A stretch of 64,000 nucleotides of DNA from an uncultured bacterium (GTDB lineage Bacteria; Verrucomicrobiota; Verrucomicrobiia; Verrucomicrobiales; DEV007): assembly GCA_963977015.1 (NCBI GenBank), contig CAXBMO010000011.1:1-64000 (forward strand), given 5' to 3'. Position numbers and translations under genes: made by a program. Shown in pieces: positions 10,290 to 19,616 of the stretch (position 1 is the stretch's first letter; each line of letters opens with the position of its first letter). Under the pieces are notes generated by a model, which searched no databases, was not told where the DNA came from, and saw nothing but the letters and a program-made list of their open reading frames with translations.

Positions 10290-10305
10290 TGCAGCAACTG
10301 TGCCA
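10290..10305 (-). promoter_or_regulatory. Sigma54 (-24/-12) promoter candidate
   Basis: Minus strand reads TGGCACAGTTGCTGCA, with the GG-N10-GC spacing, in the intergenic region upstream of 10079. Confidence 0.6.
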
Positions 10306-10405
10306 CGGCTTTTAGGACCACAGTTTTTCAGGGATTTCAATTTTACCGGAAAAATTCTGTCCGATTCTCAGCAGCTAACGCCGGAATTCAGACACGCAGG
10401 TCGCG

Positions 10406-11941
10406 TTACCGCTGAATTGGCCGGGCCCGCAGGGTGCCTCCAATCTTCGGCAAACTTGCCATTCCCCCGATCCGCTGAATGCGGATGTTTTGCTTGGCAA
10501 AGGCCTTCTCCATATCGCTCCACAACTCATTTGCGCTCCGCTTTTTGAACAAGGCGCGTCGCGCGTTTTTTTCTGCAAGCATCAGGTCGACCGGGCCTCC
10601 GCCATCCGGGTTGTCGATGAGGATTTGCGGTAAAACCGGCTTCTCGGGCGGAGATGGAACTTTGCCGGGTTTCGGCTCGACCTTGATCAGCTCTGATTCC
10701 GGGACGCGTTCCGACAGCTGACGGTTGTAGGTTTTGATCCGTTCATTGTACGACGCGACTTCCTGGCGAAATCGCGTCAACTTCTCGTTGAAGGTCGAAA
10801 CGTCCAGATTGTACTGCCTGAGTTGGGCGTTGTAGGTGTTTACGGCCTCGTTGTACTGCGCCACAAACTCCTTGAGATCATCCTGGCCGCTTCTGGCTTG
10901 CTTCAGGTAGGCAACCATGGGCGATCCATCACCTTTTCCATCCAGGTGAATGAAGTAGTAGATCAGCATCATGGCAGAGCGGTAATTCAGCGCGGCATTG
11001 CGCCCACTCGAGACTGCCGCTGACCATTGTTGGTGACTCAGGCTCATGAGCGCTTCGGGCGAGATGATATCGACGAAGTATTGATCGCCACGCGTTTTCT
11101 CGATTCCGTATTCGTTTGCCAAATGCTCCCGAACACCATCGTGGATTTCGCGAAAATTGAACCGTGCATCGTCGTAGGGAACCGCCGCCATGTATTCCGC
11201 AATCCCTTCGACAAACCAGATGGGCAGGAGATCGAGCCAATTGTGCATCACCTGATGGGTGATCTCATGAACCAAGGTCCCGGAATCGTAATTTCGCCGG
11301 TCGATCGCCACCCGGTTTCCCACGGAGCGAACGCCCAGCGACTGCATGGGAACCATGATTTCCTTGCTTTGGATCATGTAAACACCGCCGGAGCCTTGAG
11401 GACCACCCGCTCTGAGGTAGTCATCACGATCCTCAAACAAACGAACCACAAACTTTCCGTCCGGAGGTTCGGGATTGAGCTGGAGCGGAAGGTTCTGGAT
11501 CGCGAAGTAGGTCGCCTCGAACGCTTCCGAGTATTCCTTGATCAGGCTGGCCTGCAGCTCCACGTCGCAGTGAAACTGATAGTTGGGGGTCGTATAAACC
11601 CAGCCCTTGGCTGAGTCGGTTTGGCGAGGCGTGAAATTGAGCATCGGGCGCAATTCGCGAGGCCAACGCGCCACTTTGGTGCCAAACCCCAGCTCGCGCC
11701 ATTCCGCCACGTAAGCCTGATCCTCCGCGCTCAAGCTGTTCAGTGGAACCGGGACAGTTCTGCCATTGCTCCTCGAAAGGAGCCGGATGGTGTTCCCGTC
11801 AATCGCGACCATCTGCGCCGTGATTTTTGATCCCTTGTTATTGGTCCAGATTCTCTCCTTGGGATCGGCAGTCAAGGTGGCCACACCAAGCGCCAGGATC
11901 GTAAGGTTGACCAGCCAAACGGGGGATTTGGACTTGTACAT
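10406..11941 (-). CDS. Secreted SHD1-domain, DUF1570-like gluzincin metallopeptidase
   Basis: RIWTNNKG...LSAEDQAYV (SHD1-like), HEITH...EGIAEY zinc-binding motif. Confidence 0.75.
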   Translation of the reverse strand: MYKSKSPVWLVNLTILALGVATLTADPKERIWTNNKGSKITAQMVAIDGNTIRLLSRSNGRTVPVPLNSLSAEDQAYVAEWRELGFGTKVARWPRELRPMLNFTPRQTDSAKGWVYTTPNYQFHCDVELQASLIKEYSEAFEATYFAIQNLPLQLNPEPPDGKFVVRLFEDRDDYLRAGGPQGSGGVYMIQSKEIMVPMQSLGVRSVGNRVAIDRRNYDSGTLVHEITHQVMHNWLDLLPIWFVEGIAEYMAAVPYDDARFNFREIHDGVREHLANEYGIEKTRGDQYFVDIISPEALMSLSHQQWSAAVSSGRNAALNYRSAMMLIYYFIHLDGKGDGSPMVAYLKQARSGQDDLKEFVAQYNEAVNTYNAQLRQYNLDVSTFNEKLTRFRQEVASYNERIKTYNRQLSERVPESELIKVEPKPGKVPSPPEKPVLPQILIDNPDGGGPVDLMLAEKNARRALFKKRSANELWSDMEKAFAKQNIRIQRIGGMASLPKIGGTLRARPIQR

Positions 11942-12239
11942 GTTAACGAGTGGAAATGTCGAAGGTGATCAGCAGGGAGGAAATTTTGCCACGATCCACG
12001 AAAAATTGCACGCCCGATTTTCCCGGAAAGGATGAAAATTGCGCATTCAGCGACAGATCCGGGTTCCTGCGGTCGTATTACCCGCAGCTAAAATCTGGAT
12101 CATTGCCGCCATGATGCCGTCAAAAGAACTGATCGCCGAAAGGCCGACCGGGAATTTCGAGGTGAAATTCCCTCGTTTTCGTGTTTGGATACTTGCTAGA
12201 CTGAAGACTCTGCCCGTCACCTACGACGAATCTAATCAT

Positions 12240-14660
12240 ATGCTTCCCCACACCAATCGAAGCCGACGACTTGAAGGCGGATTGAGCTCCGCCTCACGGC
12301 CTGTTCTCCCATCGCAACTTCTGTGTCTCGCAATAACTGGAGTCTTTTTCGGCGCGTCGCCCGCGCTCCTGTCTCAGGAAGACGAATCGGCACCAATTTT
12401 TCGCCGAAATCCCCAGATGGAAACTCCGGCGGAGCCAACCACGACAACTCCGGCAGTTCGCCCCCGGGTTATCGCCCCTGGAGAAGGTTCTTCCACGACC
12501 CTGGAGCCGCAACAAGGTGAGACCGTCCGTGCGGTTCCGCTGATGCCTCGGGATCCTGCGCCTTCGCCCGAGTCGACGGTCCGGATGCCCAACTTGTTGC
12601 CGGGCAATGTGCAAACCGCGACCATCGTGACCCCGGAAGGTGAGCCTGAGGGGGAAGCTTCGCCGCAAATGCCGCCCACCGAGCTTCCACCCAAACCTGC
12701 TGTTCCTGATCCGGTGTTGGTTCAACCGCCGACTCCGGCTCCCCCCAAGAAGACCGGTCCCGGTTTTCAGGCGGGATTGCAAACCATCAAAGGCGCCAGA
12801 ATTCTCACCCTGTCGATTCCCGGGCCCCGCGGCCAGATTGTCGATCGCTGGGGCGCTCCTCTGGCCCAGAACCGGGTCGTCTACTACCTGGGATTCAATT
12901 TCCCGTACATGGAGGGGAAAGGGGATGCGGAAAAAATCAGCTATGCGCGCAATCTGTTGAATCGGGTCAATGAGGCTCTGACCAAGGATTGGGATTTGAA
13001 AGACTCCGATATTCTGGAGCACTACAAGGATCGCCGCTGGCTGCCGTTGATTTTTGCGAATCGTCCGCTGACCGAGGCGGAAATTGCCATCGTCCGTGAT
13101 CTGGATGCTCCGGGACTGATTCTCCACCCAACGTATCAGCGTGTTTATCCACAGGGAGAAGTCGCTGGGCACATGGTTGGATATGTTGGGAAACGCGCTC
13201 CCTGGCCCAAGGGAGAGGTGCCGGATGGGGAAGAAATGTGGCCAGTCGCACAAGGTGTTCAGGGATTGGAAAAAGCGTTTGAATCCGCTTTGACCGGACG
13301 CCCGGGACGGGTGCAGATCATCTTTAACGAACAGGGGGAGCGCGTCGAGGAGACCGTCGTGAATGATCCGGTTCCCGGATACAACATCGTTACGTCGATC
13401 GACCTGGAGATGCAGCGCTTGGCAGAACGCATCCTTTCCGAGAAAGTGAAGCGTGGTGCATTTGTGATCATGGATGTGCGCAACGGCGATGTTCTTGCCC
13501 TGGCTTCGTTCCCGAATCACGACCCCAACGAGTTCATTCCCCGGATTTCGACCGAGGTGTTTGCGTCGTTGCGCGACGATCCGGCAAAGCCGCTGTTGGG
13601 CCGGGCCTTTCAAGGCGTCTATCCTCCCGCATCGACGTTCAAGGTCACGTCCGCATTGAGTTTGCTGGAGTCAGGAACGGTCAACGAATACAGCCTCTAT
13701 AGTTGCCCCACGAGTTTCACGTTGGGGGATCGCGTCGCCCACAACTGGAACAAGGAAGATGAGGGAATCATGAATGTGGTCGGGGCGCTGGCTCGCTCAT
13801 GCAACACCTGGTTCTACCAGGCCGCCTTGGATTCCAATGCTTCGAGCGTCACGATGATGGGACAGAAACTGGGGTATGGCCGCAAAACCGGAATTCCGCT
13901 GCGCGAAGAACAAAGCGGGTTCATGCCGACCAACGAATGGTCCAGAACCCGGTTTGGTCACACGATTCTCGGGGGCGACCTCATGAACATCGTTATTGGT
14001 CAGGGAAGCGTCGAAGCAACGCCGCTTCAGGTGGCCCAGGCTTTCGCTGCGGTTGGGAATCGCCAGTTTTTGATGAAGTCGCGGCTCGTGCTCCAACTTC
14101 AGGACTTTTCGAACCGGATTGTCGATGCCTATGACGTGGAGCGCCGCAATCTCAACATTTCCCAATACAGTTTGGGCGTGGTTCACAAAGGGATGTATGA
14201 GGTGGTGAACGGCGGGCGTGGAACCGGGAGAAATGCCGGGCATCCGCGGATCAATGTTTCAGGAAAAACCGGGACAGGGCAGTGGAAGCCCGCCCAAAAG
14301 CAAAACGTGGCTTGGTTTGCCGGCTTTGCGCCTTCTGAGTATCCGGTCTACTCCTTCGCGGTAGTCTACGAAGGGGATCCTGGGGAAAAAGTAGGGGGTG
14401 GCAGCAAGGCCGCGCCAGTGGTTGGTGAATTCTTCAAGGAATACCTTACCGACCAGAAGCTGGCCGAACTTCAGGATGTTTCCCGGGAGATCAAAGTTCG
14501 CTTGAAAGAGGAAATGATTGATATCGGCCCCCTGGAAGGCGGAACCATTTACCAGGGCGGAAGCGGCGCGAGTGGCACGGATACGGCGCCGCCTCCGGCC
14601 AAGAAGAAGAAAAAGAGCGGAGGTGGTTTCTTCAAAAACATCTTTGGTTCAGCCGGGTAA
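12240..14660 (+). CDS. mrdA: Penicillin-binding protein 2 (class B transpeptidase) with a Pro-rich N-terminal extension
   Basis: PRGQIVDR, STFK (SxxK), SCN (SxN) and KTG motifs. Start is uncertain; the ATG at 12240 was chosen. Confidence 0.85.
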   Translation: MLPHTNRSRRLEGGLSSASRPVLPSQLLCLAITGVFFGASPALLSQEDESAPIFRRNPQMETPAEPTTTTPAVRPRVIAPGEGSSTTLEPQQGETVRAVPLMPRDPAPSPESTVRMPNLLPGNVQTATIVTPEGEPEGEASPQMPPTELPPKPAVPDPVLVQPPTPAPPKKTGPGFQAGLQTIKGARILTLSIPGPRGQIVDRWGAPLAQNRVVYYLGFNFPYMEGKGDAEKISYARNLLNRVNEALTKDWDLKDSDILEHYKDRRWLPLIFANRPLTEAEIAIVRDLDAPGLILHPTYQRVYPQGEVAGHMVGYVGKRAPWPKGEVPDGEEMWPVAQGVQGLEKAFESALTGRPGRVQIIFNEQGERVEETVVNDPVPGYNIVTSIDLEMQRLAERILSEKVKRGAFVIMDVRNGDVLALASFPNHDPNEFIPRISTEVFASLRDDPAKPLLGRAFQGVYPPASTFKVTSALSLLESGTVNEYSLYSCPTSFTLGDRVAHNWNKEDEGIMNVVGALARSCNTWFYQAALDSNASSVTMMGQKLGYGRKTGIPLREEQSGFMPTNEWSRTRFGHTILGGDLMNIVIGQGSVEATPLQVAQAFAAVGNRQFLMKSRLVLQLQDFSNRIVDAYDVERRNLNISQYSLGVVHKGMYEVVNGGRGTGRNAGHPRINVSGKTGTGQWKPAQKQNVAWFAGFAPSEYPVYSFAVVYEGDPGEKVGGGSKAAPVVGEFFKEYLTDQKLAELQDVSREIKVRLKEEMIDIGPLEGGTIYQGGSGASGTDTAPPPAKKKKKSGGGFFKNIFGSAG

Positions 14661-14750
14661 CGCCGCGGAAATCAGTAGCTTTCGTTTGGCGATGTAGTCG
14701 TCTCGGCTGAGGCTCTCGAGAGAGAAGTTCACTCTCAATGCAAAAAAGCG

Positions 14751-14778
14751 TTGCACGAAGGGACGAAGGGCATACACT
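14751..14778 (+). promoter_or_regulatory. Sigma70-like promoter of rpmI
   Basis: TTGCAC-N16-TACACT ending 9 nt before the ATG at 14788. Confidence 0.45.
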
Positions 14779-14787
14779 GCGCGCCCC

Positions 14788-15006
14788 ATGGCAAGAAGAT
14801 CTGGCAAAGCTAAGACTCGTAAAGCCGTCGCTAAGCGGTTCAAAATCACCGGCTCCGGCAAGGTGATCCGCCGCAAGCAAGGCAAGCGTCACCTTGCCGA
14901 GTGTAAGAACCGGAAACGGATTCGAAACCTCGGACAGGCAGCGCTTGTTTCTGATGCAGACACTCCTCAAATTAAGGAGAATCTGCCGTTTAGCCACCGT
15001 GGCTAA
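14788..15006 (+). CDS. rpmI: 50S ribosomal protein L35
   Basis: KTRKAVAKRFKITGSGK signature. Confidence 0.96.
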   Translation: MARRSGKAKTRKAVAKRFKITGSGKVIRRKQGKRHLAECKNRKRIRNLGQAALVSDADTPQIKENLPFSHRG

Positions 15007-15191
15007 ATGAAGGAATGCTGGTGACACGCTTTTCGGAGTAAAAACCAGCCTTCAAGCTCGCGAAAACGAGCTTGGAGCCGACCGCACCGTCTTGGTTTCT
15101 ACCGCTCAAGGTAGTGACTCAACCGAACGAGTGAGATTGTGAGGTCGAACGAAAAAACAAACGGCTCGTTCATCGGAGAAACTACTAAACA

Positions 15192-15602
15192 ATGCCAAGA
15201 GCAACCAACGCGCCAGCGAGCCGGAAGCGCCGCAAGCGTATGCTGAAGAAAGCCAGCGGATTCCGCGGCTCTCGTTCCAAACTGTATCGCATCGCCAAAG
15301 ATGCGGTCTACAAGGCCCAGACCTGGGCTTACCGCGACCGGAAAAACCGCAAGCGCACCTTTCGCAACCTTTGGGTTCAGCGAATTAATGCCGGAGTTCG
15401 CGACCTCGCATTGACCGTCGGAGGAGACGACGAGGGAAAAGGCGCCAAGCCATTTACCTACAGTCGCCTCATCGAAGGGCTTGCCGCTGCTGAGATCGAG
15501 ATCGATCGCAAAGTGCTGAGCGATATGGCCATTCATGATCCCGCCGGGTTCAAGGCTGTGGCCGAAGCTGCGCACGACGCACTGAGCAAAAAACTCGCGT
15601 AG
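15192..15602 (+). CDS. rplT: 50S ribosomal protein L20
   Basis: AYRDRKNRKRTFRNLWVQRINA and DRKVLSDMA. Confidence 0.97.
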   Translation: MPRATNAPASRKRRKRMLKKASGFRGSRSKLYRIAKDAVYKAQTWAYRDRKNRKRTFRNLWVQRINAGVRDLALTVGGDDEGKGAKPFTYSRLIEGLAAAEIEIDRKVLSDMAIHDPAGFKAVAEAAHDALSKKLA

Positions 15603-15674
15603 GTAACCTCGACGGGGTCCGGCATTCGGAAACTCCTCGGCTAATGACCGGAGCATTGTGCCTCCGTACTCAGA

Positions 15675-16691
15675 ATGCTCGCTGAACTCGACAAAATCCG
15701 GGAAGTCGCTCTCGCGGAAATCAACCCGATCGCGGATGAACTCGCGCTCGATGATTTTCGGGTGCGGTTTCTGGGGAAAAAGGGTGAATTGACCAAGGCC
15801 AGCGCGGGAATGCGCGATGTGCCGAAGGAAGACAAACCCAAAGTTGGCCAGAAGCTGAACGAGGTTCGCAATGCGATCTCCGAAGCGATCGAGGCTCGCA
15901 AAGAGCAACTCATCGCGGAAAAGGATTCGAAAGCCGCCCAGGGGATTGATCTGACGCTTCCGGGGCGGCCTCTGCCGGTTGGCGCGCTGCATCCCTTGAG
16001 CCAAACGCTCGACCGAGCGGTCCAGGCTTTGCGGCGAATGGGGTTTGCGCTGGCCGAGGGCCCGGAAATCGAAACGGAGTGGCATTGTTTTGATGCGCTC
16101 AACACTCCGGAAGACCATCCGGCCCGCAACGAGTCGGATACCTATTATTTCGACAACGGAAAGCTCCTGCGAACCCACACTTCCACGGTTCAAATTCGGA
16201 CGATGGAATCCGTCAAAGGGTTGCCGGTTCGGATCATCGCTCCGGGAACGGCCTTTCGCCGGGACGAAATTGACGAAACGCATTCGATTTCGTTCACCCA
16301 GATTGAGGGACTCTACGTTGCCGAAGAAGTCAGTCTGGCCGACCTCAAGGGGACGCTGGAAATGTTCTTCCAGGTGATTTTCGGGCCGGATACCGACGTT
16401 CGTTTCCGCCCTCACTTCTTCCCGTTCACGGAACCCAGTTTCGAGATCGACGTGAAGCTCAAAGCGAAGGGCCGAGCCGATAAATGGGTGGAAATTGCGG
16501 GCTGTGGAATGGTGGATCCCGCCGTTTTTGAAGCGGTCAGCAAAACCCGCGGCGATGATGTGTTCAACCCGGACAACGTCACCGGATTCGCGTTCGGAAT
16601 GGGCGTCGACCGCCTGGCGATGATTCAATACGGCATTCCAGATTTACGCATGTTTAACGACAATGACGTGCGGTTTCTTCGTCAATTTTGA
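15675..16691 (+). CDS. pheS: Phenylalanine--tRNA ligase alpha subunit
   Basis: HPAR, LRTHTS, FFPFTEPS, GFAFGMG. Confidence 0.98.
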   Translation: MLAELDKIREVALAEINPIADELALDDFRVRFLGKKGELTKASAGMRDVPKEDKPKVGQKLNEVRNAISEAIEARKEQLIAEKDSKAAQGIDLTLPGRPLPVGALHPLSQTLDRAVQALRRMGFALAEGPEIETEWHCFDALNTPEDHPARNESDTYYFDNGKLLRTHTSTVQIRTMESVKGLPVRIIAPGTAFRRDEIDETHSISFTQIEGLYVAEEVSLADLKGTLEMFFQVIFGPDTDVRFRPHFFPFTEPSFEIDVKLKAKGRADKWVEIAGCGMVDPAVFEAVSKTRGDDVFNPDNVTGFAFGMGVDRLAMIQYGIPDLRMFNDNDVRFLRQF

Positions 16692-16706
16692 GGAGGCACT
16701 GACGCC

Positions 16707-16735
16707 TCGACGAAACGCCAAATTCACCCTAGAAT
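16707..16735 (+). promoter_or_regulatory. Internal promoter of the toxin-antitoxin pair (probably leaderless)
   Basis: TCGACG-N17-TAGAAT ending 6 nt before the ATG at 16742. Confidence 0.5.
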
Positions 16736-16741
16736 AGCCTC

Positions 16742-16963
16742 ATGACGGCAACTCTCGAACAACTCAAAGCTAGTGCCATGGCACTCCCTCCAGCAGAAAG
16801 GTTGGAATTGATTTCGTTCTTGCAGGAGAGTGATGGGGAAGGATGGGAGCCCACAGATGAGTTCTTGGATACCTTGAAAAGGCGGGAGCGGGAAATGCTG
16901 AACGGAGAGGTGGAAGTGATCAGCCGCGAAGAAGTTCGAAGGCGCATAAGGTCTACGAGTTAG
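16742..16963 (+). CDS. Addiction-module antitoxin (TIGR02574-like)
   Basis: 73 aa, ALPPAERLELI...L..RR...G...ISREEV pattern, immediately upstream of a RelE/ParE-like gene. Confidence 0.8.
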   Translation: MTATLEQLKASAMALPPAERLELISFLQESDGEGWEPTDEFLDTLKRREREMLNGEVEVISREEVRRRIRSTS

Positions 16964-16965
16964 CA

Positions 16966-17256
16966 GTGACCGTTAACTATCATCACGAGGCGTTTCTTGA
17001 GCAGCAGGACGCAGCATTCTATTACGAACGGCAGCAAGCAGGCCTCGGGGACGAGTTCCAAGATGACATTGACGAGGGATTGGACCGAATTGAAGCAAAT
17101 CCCTCTGGTTTCAAAGCGGTCAGTGGCGAATATCGGAAGTGCATCAGCAACCGGTTTCGCTACGAAATCATTTATCAGATAATCGACGAAAACACCATTT
17201 TCATTCAGGCAATTGTCGATTCTCGACGAAGCCCTAATCACTGGCAAAAACGATGA
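16966..17256 (+). CDS. Type II toxin, RelE/ParE family
   Basis: YYERQQAGLGDEF, RFRYEIIY, SRRSPNHWQKR. Confidence 0.85.
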   Translation: MTVNYHHEAFLEQQDAAFYYERQQAGLGDEFQDDIDEGLDRIEANPSGFKAVSGEYRKCISNRFRYEIIYQIIDENTIFIQAIVDSRRSPNHWQKR

Positions 17257-19616
17257 AAACTTCTCTCAATTGGCTCAACGAGCACCTCGATCTTTCCGGG
17301 AAATCCATCGATGAGATGGCTGATCTGTTGACGTTTGCCGGCATCGAAGTCGAAGGAATCGAGCAGATGCCGGACAACCTGGTGGTTGGAAAGGTCCAGT
17401 CGTCGGACAAGCACCCTGACGCGGATAAGTTGAGCGTCTGCCAGGTTGACGATGGTTCCGGAACGCCGCGGCAGATTGTCTGTGGAGCGAAGAACTACAA
17501 ACCCGGGGACCAGGTGCCCGTGGCCCTGCCGGGCTGTGATCTGGGAGGCGGCTTTGTCATCAAGGAAGGCAAATTGCGCGGCGTCGAGTCTCACGGAATG
17601 ATGTGCAGCGCGAGCGAACTGGGTCTCAGCGACGAAAGCGACGGACTCATGATCATGGCTCCGGAACTGAATCCCGGCACGCCGTTGAGCGAGATTTACC
17701 CGCCAATCTACGATCTGGAAATCACCCCGAACCGTCCCGATCTGCTGAGTCATTTGGGAATTGGGCGGGAATTGGCGGCATTGACGGGTGAGAAGCTGAA
17801 GTCGAAACCCAGTGTCGCGAAGACCTCGGCCAAAACTCGCGCAGCGAAGCCGGCTGAGATCAAGATTTCCGACACCGAGACCTGTCCGCTTTACACCGCT
17901 CGATTCATTCGCGGCGTCAAAGTCGGCCCCAGTCCGGCGTGGCTTCAGGAGAAGCTGAACTCCGTGGGATTGCGACCGATCAACAACATCGTCGACATCA
18001 CCAATTTTGTGCTGATGGAAGTCGGGCAACCGCTGCACGCCTTCGATATCGCCAAACTGGATGGCGGCATTAATGTCCGCAGGGCAAAAGCCGGTGAGAA
18101 GTTCCTCGCGCTCGATGGCGAAACCTATGAGTTGTCCGATGCCGATTGTGTGATCGCCGATTCGAAACATCCGCATGCGATTGGTGGCGTGATGGGAGGA
18201 GAGGACAGCGGGGTGGTTGAGACGACCACAGACGTGTTGCTCGAAGCTGCGTATTTCACGCCGAGCAACATTCGCTATACGTCCGGCCGCCTGAACCTGC
18301 ACTCGGATTCCAGCTATCGCTTTGAGCGGGGCGTCGATCCTGCCCAGGTTCTTGGAGCGTCGGAATTGGCGACCAAGTTGATTTTGGAACTGGCCGGCGG
18401 AACTGCCGATGACGAGATCCTGATTGCGGGTGAAACCCCGACCACGGAGTTCACGGTTGAGCTCGACAACGATCATTGCCGTCGTCTCATCGGTCACGAC
18501 ATTTCGAACAAGGAGATTGCCGATATTCTCAAGAGTCTCGGACTCAAAAAGACCAAGGAAGGTTGGGGAATTCCAACCTATCGGCTCGATTTGCGCAGAC
18601 CGGTTGATCTCATCGAGGAAGTGGCGCGGGTTTACGGATTGGAGAAGGTACCCAGCAAAGTCAGCGCCGCGTTTGCTCCACCATCCAAGCCGGATCTGGA
18701 CTACGATTTCCGGAGCACCCTCGCGAAGCATCTCACCAGCATCGGTTTCTGCGAATGCCAAACCATCAAGCTCATCAGCGAAAAGCAGTTGGAGGATGAT
18801 CTCGCAAGTATGAATCGGAGAATGGAGCCGGTTCGCGTGAAGAATCCGATGACGGATACCCACGGCGTGCTTCGTCCCGCGTTGCTGCCTTCGCTTCTCC
18901 GCGTTGCGGAACACAACATCCGGATGGGCGTGACGAACCTGCGGTTGTTCGAGATGGGAACGACGTTTGTCGCCAGCCCGAAAGGCGATCAGATTGAGCA
19001 GGCGAACCTGGCGATGCTTGTGACGGGCGCCCGCGAAGAAGTTTCCTGGCAGGCTCCAAAACCTGAGATTCTCGACATTCATGGTGTTCGCGGAATTCTG
19101 GAGTCGCTGACGAACCTTCCCGTGTCGCTGAATCCGACGAAGGATGATCGACTGCTCGTCGCTGCCGAGATTCAGATCGGGAAGTCCAAGGTTGGAATGG
19201 TCGGTCAACTGTGGCCCAAGCGCGCTCGCGAACTCGATTTGGAACAGCCCGTTTTTGTGGTTGAGATTGGCCTCAAGAAGCTCGCGGCGGCGATTAACAC
19301 GGCACCCCGGCTTGCCGAAATTCCCAAGTTTCCGGCGATCACCCGGGACGTGGCCATTGAGGCCCCGATTGAACTCACCAATCAGCAGGTTGCCGACTTT
19401 TTCTCTTCAACGCAGGAGAAACTCTTGGAGAGCTTCCAACTCTTTGACGTGTTTGCCGATCCCAGTGGTGAGAAGCTTCCCGCCGACAAAAAGTCGCTCG
19501 CCTATTCGCTCGTGTATCGCGATCAGGCAGGCAGTCTGGAGCATTCCACGATCGATACGGTGCACGGCAGAATCCTCGACGGACTCAAAAAGAAGCTGCC
19601 GGTTCAGTTTCGCTAA
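17253..19616 (+). CDS. pheT: Phenylalanine--tRNA ligase beta subunit
   Basis: HPDADKL, ITPNRPDLLS, GQPLHAFD, DLIEEVAR, C-terminal FDX-ACB domain. Confidence 0.98.
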   Translation: MKTSLNWLNEHLDLSGKSIDEMADLLTFAGIEVEGIEQMPDNLVVGKVQSSDKHPDADKLSVCQVDDGSGTPRQIVCGAKNYKPGDQVPVALPGCDLGGGFVIKEGKLRGVESHGMMCSASELGLSDESDGLMIMAPELNPGTPLSEIYPPIYDLEITPNRPDLLSHLGIGRELAALTGEKLKSKPSVAKTSAKTRAAKPAEIKISDTETCPLYTARFIRGVKVGPSPAWLQEKLNSVGLRPINNIVDITNFVLMEVGQPLHAFDIAKLDGGINVRRAKAGEKFLALDGETYELSDADCVIADSKHPHAIGGVMGGEDSGVVETTTDVLLEAAYFTPSNIRYTSGRLNLHSDSSYRFERGVDPAQVLGASELATKLILELAGGTADDEILIAGETPTTEFTVELDNDHCRRLIGHDISNKEIADILKSLGLKKTKEGWGIPTYRLDLRRPVDLIEEVARVYGLEKVPSKVSAAFAPPSKPDLDYDFRSTLAKHLTSIGFCECQTIKLISEKQLEDDLASMNRRMEPVRVKNPMTDTHGVLRPALLPSLLRVAEHNIRMGVTNLRLFEMGTTFVASPKGDQIEQANLAMLVTGAREEVSWQAPKPEILDIHGVRGILESLTNLPVSLNPTKDDRLLVAAEIQIGKSKVGMVGQLWPKRARELDLEQPVFVVEIGLKKLAAAINTAPRLAEIPKFPAITRDVAIEAPIELTNQQVADFFSSTQEKLLESFQLFDVFADPSGEKLPADKKSLAYSLVYRDQAGSLEHSTIDTVHGRILDGLKKKLPVQFR

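Noticed and set aside
12294-19208. Long minus-strand ORFs 12294-13613, 15099-16628 and 17238-19208
   Set aside because: Antisense to mrdA, rplT/pheS and pheT; typical high-GC shadow frames.
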